Assembly: GCA_005239675.1 (NCBI GenBank)
Contig: SBBO01000020.1
Location: 13,627-77,626, forward strand
DNA: 64,000 nt
Direction of reading: 5' to 3'
Source: Planctomycetales bacterium
GTDB lineage: Bacteria > Omnitrophota > Gorgyraeia > Zapsychrales > Zapsychraceae
In this document: positions 39,417 to 48,095 of the stretch, one piece after another
How positions within the stretch are numbered: the stretch's first letter is position 1
Layout: every line of letters begins with the position of its first letter
Notes under the pieces: model-generated
What the model was told of the DNA's origin: nothing
Database searches by the model: none
What the model saw: only the letters and a program-made list of their open reading frames with translations
Made by a program: the position numbers and the translations under genes

Positions 39417-41483
39417 ATGACGCGCAATACTGCAAGGGGAATATTTATCACGGGTACTGACACGGGCGTGGGTAAGACCGTCGCGATGCTGGTTCTTGGC
39501 ATCCACCTGCAAAAAGCAGGGTTTAATGTCGGGATCATGAAGCCAGTTCAGTGTGCCGGAAAAGACGCGTCTTTTTTGAAGAAGTCTTTGCATCTCGCTT
39601 GCGACTTGACCCACATCAATCCTTATCTTGCCCCTGAACCATTATCCCCCCACCTTGCCTTTAGTCGCATTAAGAACGAAATCAATGCCTCGAAGATCAT
39701 AACGGCCTATCAGCATTTACAACAACATCATGACATTATTTTAGTCGAGGGCGCCGGTGGTTTGCTGGTGCCTTTACGTAAAGATTATTTGGTTGCGGAT
39801 TTAGTGAGAGACATGGATCTAGATCTGATAATTGTCGCACGTCTAGGATTGGGGACGATCAATCATTCGTTGTTGACAATCCAAGCTGCCCGCGCCCACG
39901 GATTGCATGTGCGTGGCATTATCTTTAATGCAACACGGCCCATCATGCCGGGAATCTCTCAGGCAACCCCTTTGGGGTTGCCTGAGAGAACCAATCCCAT
40001 TATTATCCGTCAATTGGGCCATGTCGCAATCTTAGGGACTATTCCTTATTTGAAGAATTTTCGTCGGCAGGAGATCCTAACCCAATGTCACCTCAATCTA
40101 CGGCTAATTATTGATCGCGTCCCTGACGCATCCGCATCTCAGGTCCCGCGGCAGCTGGCAGCTTGGGATAAAAAATACCTTTGGCACCCCTTTACTCAGA
40201 TGAAGGACTGGTTGGCGGATGAACCACTCGTCATTAGCCGTGCCCGCGGGAGTTATTTAATCGACACTCAGGGTCGTCGTTATCTCGATGGCGTGTCCAG
40301 TCTTTGGGTGAATGTTCATGGCCATGGGCACCAAACGGTCAATCGCTTCATCGGCGAACAACTCAATCAACTAGAGCACTCAACGCTATTGGGACTGTCC
40401 AATACCCCGGCCATCCAATTGGCGCGTAAGTTAGTGACCATCGCACCCATTGGCCTGAACAAGGTTTTTTATTCGGATAATGGCTCCACCGCCGTTGAGG
40501 CAGCGATCAAGATCGCTTATCAGTATTGGCAAAATACCGGATGTTCCAATAAACGGCTCATCGCACATCTAGCCAATTCTTATCACGGCGACACGCTGGG
40601 AAGCGTGAGCGTGGGCGGTATCGATTTATTTCACCAGGTTTATCGAGATCTCGTCTTTCCCACCATGGCCGTTGATTTTCCAGACTGTTACCGTGCGCCT
40701 AGAGGCAAGAAATATCCGGACTATGCCTTTGAATGCTTGGAGCGGTTTGCAACGACCTTGAAGAAAAGACATAACCGCATCGCCGCTTTTGTTGTTGAGC
40801 CCATTGTCCAGGGGGCCGCAGGTATGTTGATGTGGCCGAAGGGTATTTTAAAAAGAATGCGCGAGCTCTGCCATCGGTATAAGATTATTTTTATCGCTGA
40901 TGAGGTAGCGACCGGTTTTGGGCGTACCGGCAAGATGTTTGCCTGTGAACACGAAGGCGTCTCACCGGATATCTTGTGCCTAGCCAAAGGACTCACCGCT
41001 GGGTATCTGCCGCTCGCTGCGACACTGACCACCCAAGAGATTTTCAATGGTTTTGTGTTCGATTATAAAGATCAGAAGACGTTTTTCCATGGTCACACCT
41101 ATACCGGTAATCCGTTAGCGTGTGCGGCAGCGTTGGCGAATCTGGAGGTCTTTGAGCGGGAGAAGACACTGCGCACGCTTGTCCCCAAAATAAAATTCTT
41201 GAGGGAGCGGCTTAATTTGTTTTATAATCTTCCTCATGTGGGCGACGTCCGTCAGTGTGGATTTATGGTTGGGATTGAACTGGTGCGCGATCGTCAGACC
41301 AAAGAGCCGTATGCGTGGCAAGAGCGCGTGGGCACACGCGTCTGCCAAGAGATACGAAAACACGGTGTCATCTTGCGGCCGTTAGGCAATGTGATTGTCC
41401 TTATGCCGCCATTGTCCATTGCCATGGATGAATTGACACATCTCTTGGATGCCACGTACCGAGCCATAGAAAAGAAGACATGA
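39417..41483 (+). CDS. bioD-bioA: Fused dethiobiotin synthase / DAPA aminotransferase (BioD-BioA)
   Basis: TGTDTGVGKT and EGAGG, then WHPFTQM, DNGSTAVE, DEVATGFGRTG, AKG in one 688-aa frame. Confidence 0.93.
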   Translation: MTRNTARGIFITGTDTGVGKTVAMLVLGIHLQKAGFNVGIMKPVQCAGKDASFLKKSLHLACDLTHINPYLAPEPLSPHLAFSRIKNEINASKIITAYQHLQQHHDIILVEGAGGLLVPLRKDYLVADLVRDMDLDLIIVARLGLGTINHSLLTIQAARAHGLHVRGIIFNATRPIMPGISQATPLGLPERTNPIIIRQLGHVAILGTIPYLKNFRRQEILTQCHLNLRLIIDRVPDASASQVPRQLAAWDKKYLWHPFTQMKDWLADEPLVISRARGSYLIDTQGRRYLDGVSSLWVNVHGHGHQTVNRFIGEQLNQLEHSTLLGLSNTPAIQLARKLVTIAPIGLNKVFYSDNGSTAVEAAIKIAYQYWQNTGCSNKRLIAHLANSYHGDTLGSVSVGGIDLFHQVYRDLVFPTMAVDFPDCYRAPRGKKYPDYAFECLERFATTLKKRHNRIAAFVVEPIVQGAAGMLMWPKGILKRMRELCHRYKIIFIADEVATGFGRTGKMFACEHEGVSPDILCLAKGLTAGYLPLAATLTTQEIFNGFVFDYKDQKTFFHGHTYTGNPLACAAALANLEVFEREKTLRTLVPKIKFLRERLNLFYNLPHVGDVRQCGFMVGIELVRDRQTKEPYAWQERVGTRVCQEIRKHGVILRPLGNVIVLMPPLSIAMDELTHLLDATYRAIEKKT

Positions 41484-41746
41484 CCATTAAGCGTATTGTC
41501 ATTTCAAGTTCAAGAATTAGGGCAGATCGAATTTTTAAAGGAATGGCGCAAAGAGATTATCCAAGAACTAAAATCATAATCACTAACTTCCGGCCGCAAT
41601 TGGCCGGAGTTTGATTGCGGCTTAATAGGGAATTCAAGAATTTCGTGTGAGAACGCACGAATCGAATTCTTCCCCGTAAAATCCTTTATGGTTTTTACGA
41701 GACGCGTTTTCCGAAAATACATTTTATGTTGGTACAGAATAAAACA

Positions 41747-42829
41747 ATGAGAAAGAAGATTTTCGTCGCCATGTCCGGCGGGGTGGATTCATCTGTCGCG
41801 GCTGGGATGATGAAAGAGGCCGGGCATGAGGTGGTTGGGGTCACGATGTGCTTTAGCATCAATCACCCAGATAGTAAAAAACCATCGTGCTGTGGGGTGG
41901 CAGGTATTCAGGATGCCCAACGCGCGGCGCAGATTCTTAATATCCCGCATTACGTGCTCGACTTTGCTAAAGATATCGACCAACACATCATCGAGGATTT
42001 TACTAACGAATATCTGAGCGGCCGCACGCCCAATCCGTGTGTGCGTTGCAATCAGCATCTTAAGTTTGGGACTCTCTATGCCAAGGTCAAAGGCCTAGGC
42101 GCAGATTACTTAGCCACGGGTCATTACGGGCGTATCGATTTTAACGCAACAACCGGCCGCCATGAACTGAAGAAGGCCAAAGACCCCAAGAAAGACCAAT
42201 CCTATTTTCTCTGCAGCATGCGCAAGGAAACCCTGCCATCAGTTTTATTTCCATTAGGGGATATGACCAAAGACCAGGCGCGCTCGCTCGCCCGCAAGTA
42301 CAAATTAAATACCGCTGAGAAACCAGAAAGTCAGGATATCTGTTTTGTCCCTGACGCCGGATACAAAAAATTTTTGCAGGACAGGGTAGGCAGCCGGCTT
42401 TTTCAGCCAGGGCCTTTTATAGACGAAGATGGCAAGGTCGTGGGTTGGCACAAAGGCATTGCCCATTACACGATTGGTCAGCGCGATAAACTAGGCATTG
42501 CGCTGGGGCATCCTGTTTATGTGTGCAAGATAGACCAAGAGACCAACACTGTCCACGTCGGACCAGAGTCTTCGCTGTACGCGACGGGGTTTTACGCACG
42601 CCAATTTAATCCAGTTAGCATGGAGATTCCTACAGAAGTAATGGAGGTCCAAGTGCGCATCCGTTATAATGCTCCCGAGACTAAGGCGTGGCTGACGGTC
42701 CTGGGGCCGGACCGGGTCCGGGTCGAATTCGCTACCCCGCAAAAGTCGGTTACGCCAGGGCAATCCGCGGTCTTTTATAGAGACGATGTGGTCTTGGCCG
42801 GGGCAATCATTGATTGGTCCATTAAGTAA
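41747..42829 (+). CDS. mnmA: tRNA 2-thiouridylase MnmA (start probably ATG 41747)
   Basis: AMSGGVDS, TPNPCVRCN, ATGHY, KDQSYF, SQDICF, TPGQ. Confidence 0.96.
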   Translation: MRKKIFVAMSGGVDSSVAAGMMKEAGHEVVGVTMCFSINHPDSKKPSCCGVAGIQDAQRAAQILNIPHYVLDFAKDIDQHIIEDFTNEYLSGRTPNPCVRCNQHLKFGTLYAKVKGLGADYLATGHYGRIDFNATTGRHELKKAKDPKKDQSYFLCSMRKETLPSVLFPLGDMTKDQARSLARKYKLNTAEKPESQDICFVPDAGYKKFLQDRVGSRLFQPGPFIDEDGKVVGWHKGIAHYTIGQRDKLGIALGHPVYVCKIDQETNTVHVGPESSLYATGFYARQFNPVSMEIPTEVMEVQVRIRYNAPETKAWLTVLGPDRVRVEFATPQKSVTPGQSAVFYRDDVVLAGAIIDWSIK

Positions 42830-42858
42830 TGTTTCGGTGATTAAAATGGTGGAGGCTT

Positions 42859-44133
42859 ATGGATATCAAACTCGACTACAGTAATCTTAAGGGTTTTGTC
42901 AGCACCAAGGATATAGAAGGCCTCTTGCCCGCTATCCAGAAGGCCCACAATGACCTGGAAAATAAAGCCGGTAAGGGTAGCGCCTTTACTGGCTGGCTGG
43001 ATTTGCCTGCGCGTCTGCAGGACAGTTTTCTAGATGAGATAGTTGAATTCGGTAAAGCGATCCGTCAGGATTCGGACTGTTTATTAAGCATTGGCATCGG
43101 TGGTTCATACCTGGGGATTCACGCGACATTAGAATTTTTAATCGCAGATCAAAAATTGCCGGTCTATTTCGCTGGCCAAGATCTAAGCACCAATTATCTT
43201 TACTACCTACTTCAAGGCCTTAAAGATAAGAGAATTACGGTGGTTGTCATCTCAAAATCTGGCACCACCACCGAACCCGCCCTGGCGTTTCGTATCATTA
43301 AAAAATTCATGGAGGAGCAGTACTCTGCTATGGAGCTTAAGAAGCGGATTATTTGTATCACCGACCCTTGCGATGGCGCCTTACGGGCCATCGCAAGCAA
43401 GGCTGGATACCGCGTATTTCCTATTGACCGGGATATTGGCGGCCGCTTTTCTGTCTTGACGACGGCTGGACTGGTGCCGCTTTCCATCGCCGGCATTGAT
43501 ATCAAAGGCTTGATTCAAGGGGCGCGCAGTGCACAGCGGTCTTGCTCGCGGATGGATTTAGAAGCCAATATCGCCTATCAATACGCCGCCGCCCGGTTTC
43601 TTTTGTATCAACAGGGAAAGACGATAGAGGTATTGTCCACGTTTTATCGACGCCTGGCGTTGGTGGAAGAATGGTGGAAACAGCTTTTTGGAGAGAGCGA
43701 GGGTAAAGACGGCAAAGGACTTTTTCCTACGTCTTTAAGTTTCACGACGGATCTGCATTCCATGGGGCAGTTGGTCCAGGAAGGACCGCGCAACATGTTT
43801 GAGACCTTCTTGCTGGTGGACAAGCCCGGGTGTGGCATGACGATCCCCGAGGATCCGGATAATCTGGATAATTTCAATTGTGTCGCTGGGAAAGACCTCG
43901 ATTATGTCAACAAGCAGGCATGGGTGGCAACGGCAACCGCCCATTATGAAGGCGGCGTGCCTAATATGACGATTATGGTCCCTCGCTTCGACTCTTATTC
44001 TCTGGGGCAATTATTTTATTTCTTTGAGAAGACGGTGGCTATCAAAGGTTATCTTCTAGGGGTGAATCCCTTTGATCAGCCGGGTGTCGAGGCCTATAAG
44101 AAGAAGCTGTTTGAATTGTTGGGTAGAAAATGA
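42859..44133 (+). CDS. pgi: Glucose-6-phosphate isomerase
   Basis: GIGGSYLG, SKSGTTTE, GGRFSV, QLFGESEGK, NPFDQPGVE. Confidence 0.96.
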   Translation: MDIKLDYSNLKGFVSTKDIEGLLPAIQKAHNDLENKAGKGSAFTGWLDLPARLQDSFLDEIVEFGKAIRQDSDCLLSIGIGGSYLGIHATLEFLIADQKLPVYFAGQDLSTNYLYYLLQGLKDKRITVVVISKSGTTTEPALAFRIIKKFMEEQYSAMELKKRIICITDPCDGALRAIASKAGYRVFPIDRDIGGRFSVLTTAGLVPLSIAGIDIKGLIQGARSAQRSCSRMDLEANIAYQYAAARFLLYQQGKTIEVLSTFYRRLALVEEWWKQLFGESEGKDGKGLFPTSLSFTTDLHSMGQLVQEGPRNMFETFLLVDKPGCGMTIPEDPDNLDNFNCVAGKDLDYVNKQAWVATATAHYEGGVPNMTIMVPRFDSYSLGQLFYFFEKTVAIKGYLLGVNPFDQPGVEAYKKKLFELLGRK

Positions 44134-44166
44134 AGAGGCAAGAATTAATTAAAAGGAGATAGAGCG

Positions 44167-44358
44167 ATGGGACAGATTGGCATGTCGGAGATTATTTTTG
44201 TTGTCTTGGTCATCCTGGTCCTGTTCGGCGCCAAAAGGTTGCCGGAGATAGGCAGCGCCTTAGGAAAGGCCATCCAGGAATTCAGGAAGGCGAGTAAAGA
44301 AGTCCGGGACGACGTCAAGGACGCCATCGAAGACCGTAACGATGACCATAAGTCCTAA
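44167..44358 (+). CDS. tatA: Twin-arginine translocase TatA
   Basis: TM helix, FG..RLPE.G..LG..I.EF. Confidence 0.92.
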   Translation: MGQIGMSEIIFVVLVILVLFGAKRLPEIGSALGKAIQEFRKASKEVRDDVKDAIEDRNDDHKS

Positions 44359-45085
44359 TGAGTTTTCTTTTTTGGAACACCTCGAGGAGCTGCGTTCTCG
44401 GTTAATCAAAGCTGTGGTGGCCATTATTCTGACCGCATGTTTTTTTTATCCTGCCGTTGATCAGGTTCTTACCTTTTTGATTCATCCTGTTGAGAAAGTC
44501 GTATTCACTTCGCCTGCTGATGCCTTGGCGGTGCGTTTGACGCTCACCTTCTGGGGTGGGGTCGTTCTATCCCTGCCGGTTATCGTTTATCAGTTTTGGA
44601 GATTCATTGCCGCCGGTCTTAAAGGGCACGAGAAACAACATATTCGTTTCTTTGCTCCATTTTCGTTGGTCCTGTTTGTCGCGGGTGGTGTGTTTGGGTA
44701 TACGGTCATGATCCCGATCGGGATGAAGTTTTTGTTAAGTTTTGCAACGGATTCTATTGTCCCCATGATCACGATTAAAAATTATATTTCTTTTGTGACG
44801 ACGTTCATTTTGGCCTTTGGCGTGGCCTTTGAGCTCCCCATCATCTTGATATTTTTGGCGAGACTCGGGATCGTGACGCCGGCATTTCTCGCGCAGAAAC
44901 GAAGACACGCGATAGTCATTATTCTAATCGTGAGCGCTGTGATCACCCCTCCCGATCTTGTTATGCAGATGGTCGTGACGCTCCCTTTGGTTATTTTATA
45001 TGAGTTGGGAACACTCGTTGCCCGTATCGCTCTTCCTGCCCCCCAGATTGCCTCGGGGACCAGAGAATCTGGACAACAGGCTTGA
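44342..45085 (+). CDS. tatC: Twin-arginine translocase TatC
   Basis: HLEELRSRL, YQFWRF, FELP, ITPPD. Confidence 0.95.
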   Translation: MTISPNEFSFLEHLEELRSRLIKAVVAIILTACFFYPAVDQVLTFLIHPVEKVVFTSPADALAVRLTLTFWGGVVLSLPVIVYQFWRFIAAGLKGHEKQHIRFFAPFSLVLFVAGGVFGYTVMIPIGMKFLLSFATDSIVPMITIKNYISFVTTFILAFGVAFELPIILIFLARLGIVTPAFLAQKRRHAIVIILIVSAVITPPDLVMQMVVTLPLVILYELGTLVARIALPAPQIASGTRESGQQA

Positions 45086-45152
45086 GGGATGGCCAATTTG
45101 CGGTTATACTTAAACTGGTAGTGGACGCCCTTGGTCAAGAGAGGAGATATGT

Positions 45153-45362
45153 ATGAACATTCTAGAGTTAAGAGAGCTGTTAAAGGATAAGAGGGTTATC
45201 GAGGAGATCAATAAACATTTGTGGATTGAAAGCCAAAAGGTAGGATATTCTATCGGCTTTGACCGGGCAACAGAAGAATGGTTGCGGCTTTACTCGGCAG
45301 GGTGGTTGAAATATCATGAGCCGGAAAAATACCAAAAATTAAAAATGAAGAACAATCGCTAA
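45153..45362 (+). CDS. Small DUF4032-like protein
   Basis: EINKHLWIESQKVG..IGF..A..EW pattern; GAGGAG SD. Confidence 0.7.
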   Translation: MNILELRELLKDKRVIEEINKHLWIESQKVGYSIGFDRATEEWLRLYSAGWLKYHEPEKYQKLKMKNNR

Positions 45363-45388
45363 GCCACGTTTTTCTTCAGCAAGAGTTT

Positions 45389-46492
45389 ATGCCGTCTTTA
45401 TACGTCCATATTCCATTTTGCGAAAAGAAATGTTTTTATTGTTCGTTTGTGGTTGCCGTAGGGCAATCAGAGCGTAGCGATGCTTATCTGCAGGCAATGG
45501 CACGGGAGTCCCAGCAATACCGTCATTTAAGGTTTAGCAGTATTTATATAGGCGGCGGGACGCCGAGTTATTTAACGGACGATCAGTTGCAACGATTATT
45601 GGGGCTAGTACGAGAGAATTGCACGGTTACTGTTGGTGGTGAATATACGCTCGAGATGAATCCTGAGAGTGTCCAGGAGACCAAGTTGCGTCTGATGCGC
45701 AAAATGGGGGTCAATCGCATTAGCCTGGGCGTGCAGTCGCTCAATGACCGTTATCTCCGATATCTAGGCAGAAATCACAATCGTCTCAAGGCATATTCAG
45801 CGTATCAGATGATCCGTGATGCGGGGTTCACCAATGTCAATTGCGATTTGATGTTTGGATTTCCGCAGCAGACACTAGGAGAGATCGAGGAAGAGGTTGG
45901 ACAGCTAACAGCGTTCTCCAGCGAACATATCTCCCTTTATATGCTGACTTTGGAGGAGCACAGCCGTTTTTACGCGCAGAAAATTCAACTTCCCGATAGT
46001 GATGAGCAGGTGCACCAATATGAACGGGTGGTGCGACAACTTGAAAGGGCAAGGTGTTATCAATATGAAATCAGCAATTTCGCCAAACCCGGCAAGGAAT
46101 CCCAGCATAATCTTAATTATTGGCGGGGTGGAGAATATATTGGCCTCGGGGTGGGTGCGCATTCGTATTGGCAGGGAAGATTATTTTACAACGTCTCCCG
46201 TTTGAATACATACATGGCGCGGGTCTCCCGCGATGGTTCTGCCGTGGAAGCCGGACAGTCCTTGGACGCCCATGAACGCCTTAAGCAGGCGTTTTTAATC
46301 GGATTACGGATGAATCAAGGCGTTGCCCTCGAGGCGCTAGAGAAGGCCTGGGATTGTTCTTTAGCGTCTGATGAACAAAAGAAAATTACCTATTTTATTC
46401 AACACGATTTTTTGATGAGAGACGACGGTTATTTAAAGACAACGCCGAAGGGAAGGTTAGTATTAGATGAGTTGTGTGCGCAGTTGAGTTAG
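45389..46492 (+). CDS. hemW: Radical SAM heme chaperone HemW (HemN-like)
   Basis: YVHIPFC..KC.YC.F, GGGTPS, YEISNF, HNLNYW. Confidence 0.9.
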   Translation: MPSLYVHIPFCEKKCFYCSFVVAVGQSERSDAYLQAMARESQQYRHLRFSSIYIGGGTPSYLTDDQLQRLLGLVRENCTVTVGGEYTLEMNPESVQETKLRLMRKMGVNRISLGVQSLNDRYLRYLGRNHNRLKAYSAYQMIRDAGFTNVNCDLMFGFPQQTLGEIEEEVGQLTAFSSEHISLYMLTLEEHSRFYAQKIQLPDSDEQVHQYERVVRQLERARCYQYEISNFAKPGKESQHNLNYWRGGEYIGLGVGAHSYWQGRLFYNVSRLNTYMARVSRDGSAVEAGQSLDAHERLKQAFLIGLRMNQGVALEALEKAWDCSLASDEQKKITYFIQHDFLMRDDGYLKTTPKGRLVLDELCAQLS

Positions 46493-47583
46493 TTATCCGC
46501 CGCAGCATAGGTAGCGTAGTGTTGGGCGATTATCTTGCTATGTTCGAAGAGTTTTACGATTGTATTCTCAATGGTGCCTTTGTACGGCTGGCGCATCCTG
46601 AGGTCCTTTAAGATTTCCATTGCTTTGTTCACTCGTTTTTCGATTTCCCCCAGACTATATCGCAGACTACCGGTATCTAGGAAAACTTTACGGATGACAA
46701 TGAGATCCTGATAGGTCTTGAGGGATTTATTGAAACGTGCCAGGAACTTTTTCCTGGACTGGCCTTTGAGCGTTTGATAGGCATGACAGACCATGAGTGT
46801 TTTCTTAGATTCGGCAAGATCGCTTAAGATGGATTTGCCAATATTTTTTTGTGAATCAAAGATGCCGATGATGTCATCCTGGATCTGGAATGCCTGCCCT
46901 ACGAGGACCCCCAATTGACATAATTTGGGGATATCGCTGGGTACGGCGCCAGCAAGGATTGCCCCAACGACCAAAGGACAATCGAAGGTGTAGCGGGCGG
47001 TCTTGAGTGTGTAATTGAGGAAGACATCGTTCTCCTTAATGCGGTTGACGTGTTGGGCGCTATGCAGCGTATCGATGAATTCCCCCATGGCCGTGAAGGC
47101 CGCTGTTTGAATAAAATATTTTAAAGCCTTTTCTTTACGCTCTGGGGCCGCTTTAATCGATAGAAAAGCGTCAATAGCGAGGGCATAGACAATATCGCCC
47201 GCGATGATCCCCAGGTCATAACCCAATTCTTTTTGTTCTTGTGTCCGGATGATTCTTCCTAATAGTTTATGCAATGTTGGTTTACCACGCCTTAGATGAG
47301 AACGGTCGATAATATCATCATGGATCAACATAAAATTATGTAATAATTCAATACAGGTAGAGGCCTGGTACAAGCTAGGGGAGATCTTTTGGTGAGGGGG
47401 GCAGTATCCTTTGTAGCTTAAGATGAGTAATAGTGGGCGAATCCGTTTGCCCTTGCGCAGTGCAAATTCACGGATACTTTCATAGAGGATCGGATTGACA
47501 AGGTGTAGTTTATACTCTCCCTTGATCTTGTCCATGAATTGCGCGAGGCTTTTATCGATTTTTTTCTTTACATTCTCGATCAT
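46489..47583 (-). CDS. Polyprenyl (FPP/GGPP-type) diphosphate synthase
   Basis: GKRIRP, IHDDIID..RRG, KTA, FQIQDD. Confidence 0.92.
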   Translation of the reverse strand: MIENVKKKIDKSLAQFMDKIKGEYKLHLVNPILYESIREFALRKGKRIRPLLLILSYKGYCPPHQKISPSLYQASTCIELLHNFMLIHDDIIDRSHLRRGKPTLHKLLGRIIRTQEQKELGYDLGIIAGDIVYALAIDAFLSIKAAPERKEKALKYFIQTAAFTAMGEFIDTLHSAQHVNRIKENDVFLNYTLKTARYTFDCPLVVGAILAGAVPSDIPKLCQLGVLVGQAFQIQDDIIGIFDSQKNIGKSILSDLAESKKTLMVCHAYQTLKGQSRKKFLARFNKSLKTYQDLIVIRKVFLDTGSLRYSLGEIEKRVNKAMEILKDLRMRQPYKGTIENTIVKLFEHSKIIAQHYATYAAADN

Positions 47584-48095
47584 GAGGCATCATGGTAACA
47601 TACAAATATAAGCGGTTCAACAGAATTTACACTAAGACAATAGACCTCGCTGAATCCCTTGATCCAGCATTCTCAACATGACACCCAAGCCATGGTCGGG
47701 GCCTTCCGGGTTTGTCCTTAGTATTTTTAGTGGCAGATCGGTTATTAAATTATTATATATCAATAGGTTAAGCTATTTAAGCTGTTATCCAGTTTTTCTC
47801 CCTCCATTATTAATATATGATATAACCCAATATATATTAATAAGTTATGTTAATTATGGATTATTTCATAAGCTGCCGACAATATAATTTTGTTTGATTT
47901 TAGGAATAATCTTTGCTATAGTTAATAATTCTAACCTATATTTTATAAAGCCCCTTGGGGACGACATTGTGACAAGATAAGCACGGCATTGGTGCAAGTT
48001 ATGAAAAAGGCCGCCCATCTTAATGGTGATATGGGTGAGCCGCGTCATCTGGCATACAGTGTAGCGGATGATGGAAAATGATGGGGGTTGACGGT

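Noticed and set aside
47828-47855. Possible dif site (TTATGTTAATT resembles the XerD arm)
   Set aside because: The XerC arm 6 nt upstream lacks the expected ATAA end, and the AT-rich context makes a chance match likely.
47740-47950. Possible oriC
   Set aside because: Only two weak 7/9 DnaA-box matches, no dnaA/dnaN nearby, and no gene-strand switch.
47950-48095. ZTP, PRPP or guanine riboswitch before purB
   Set aside because: Conserved aptamer nucleotides were not recognisable; kept only as an unknown structured leader.
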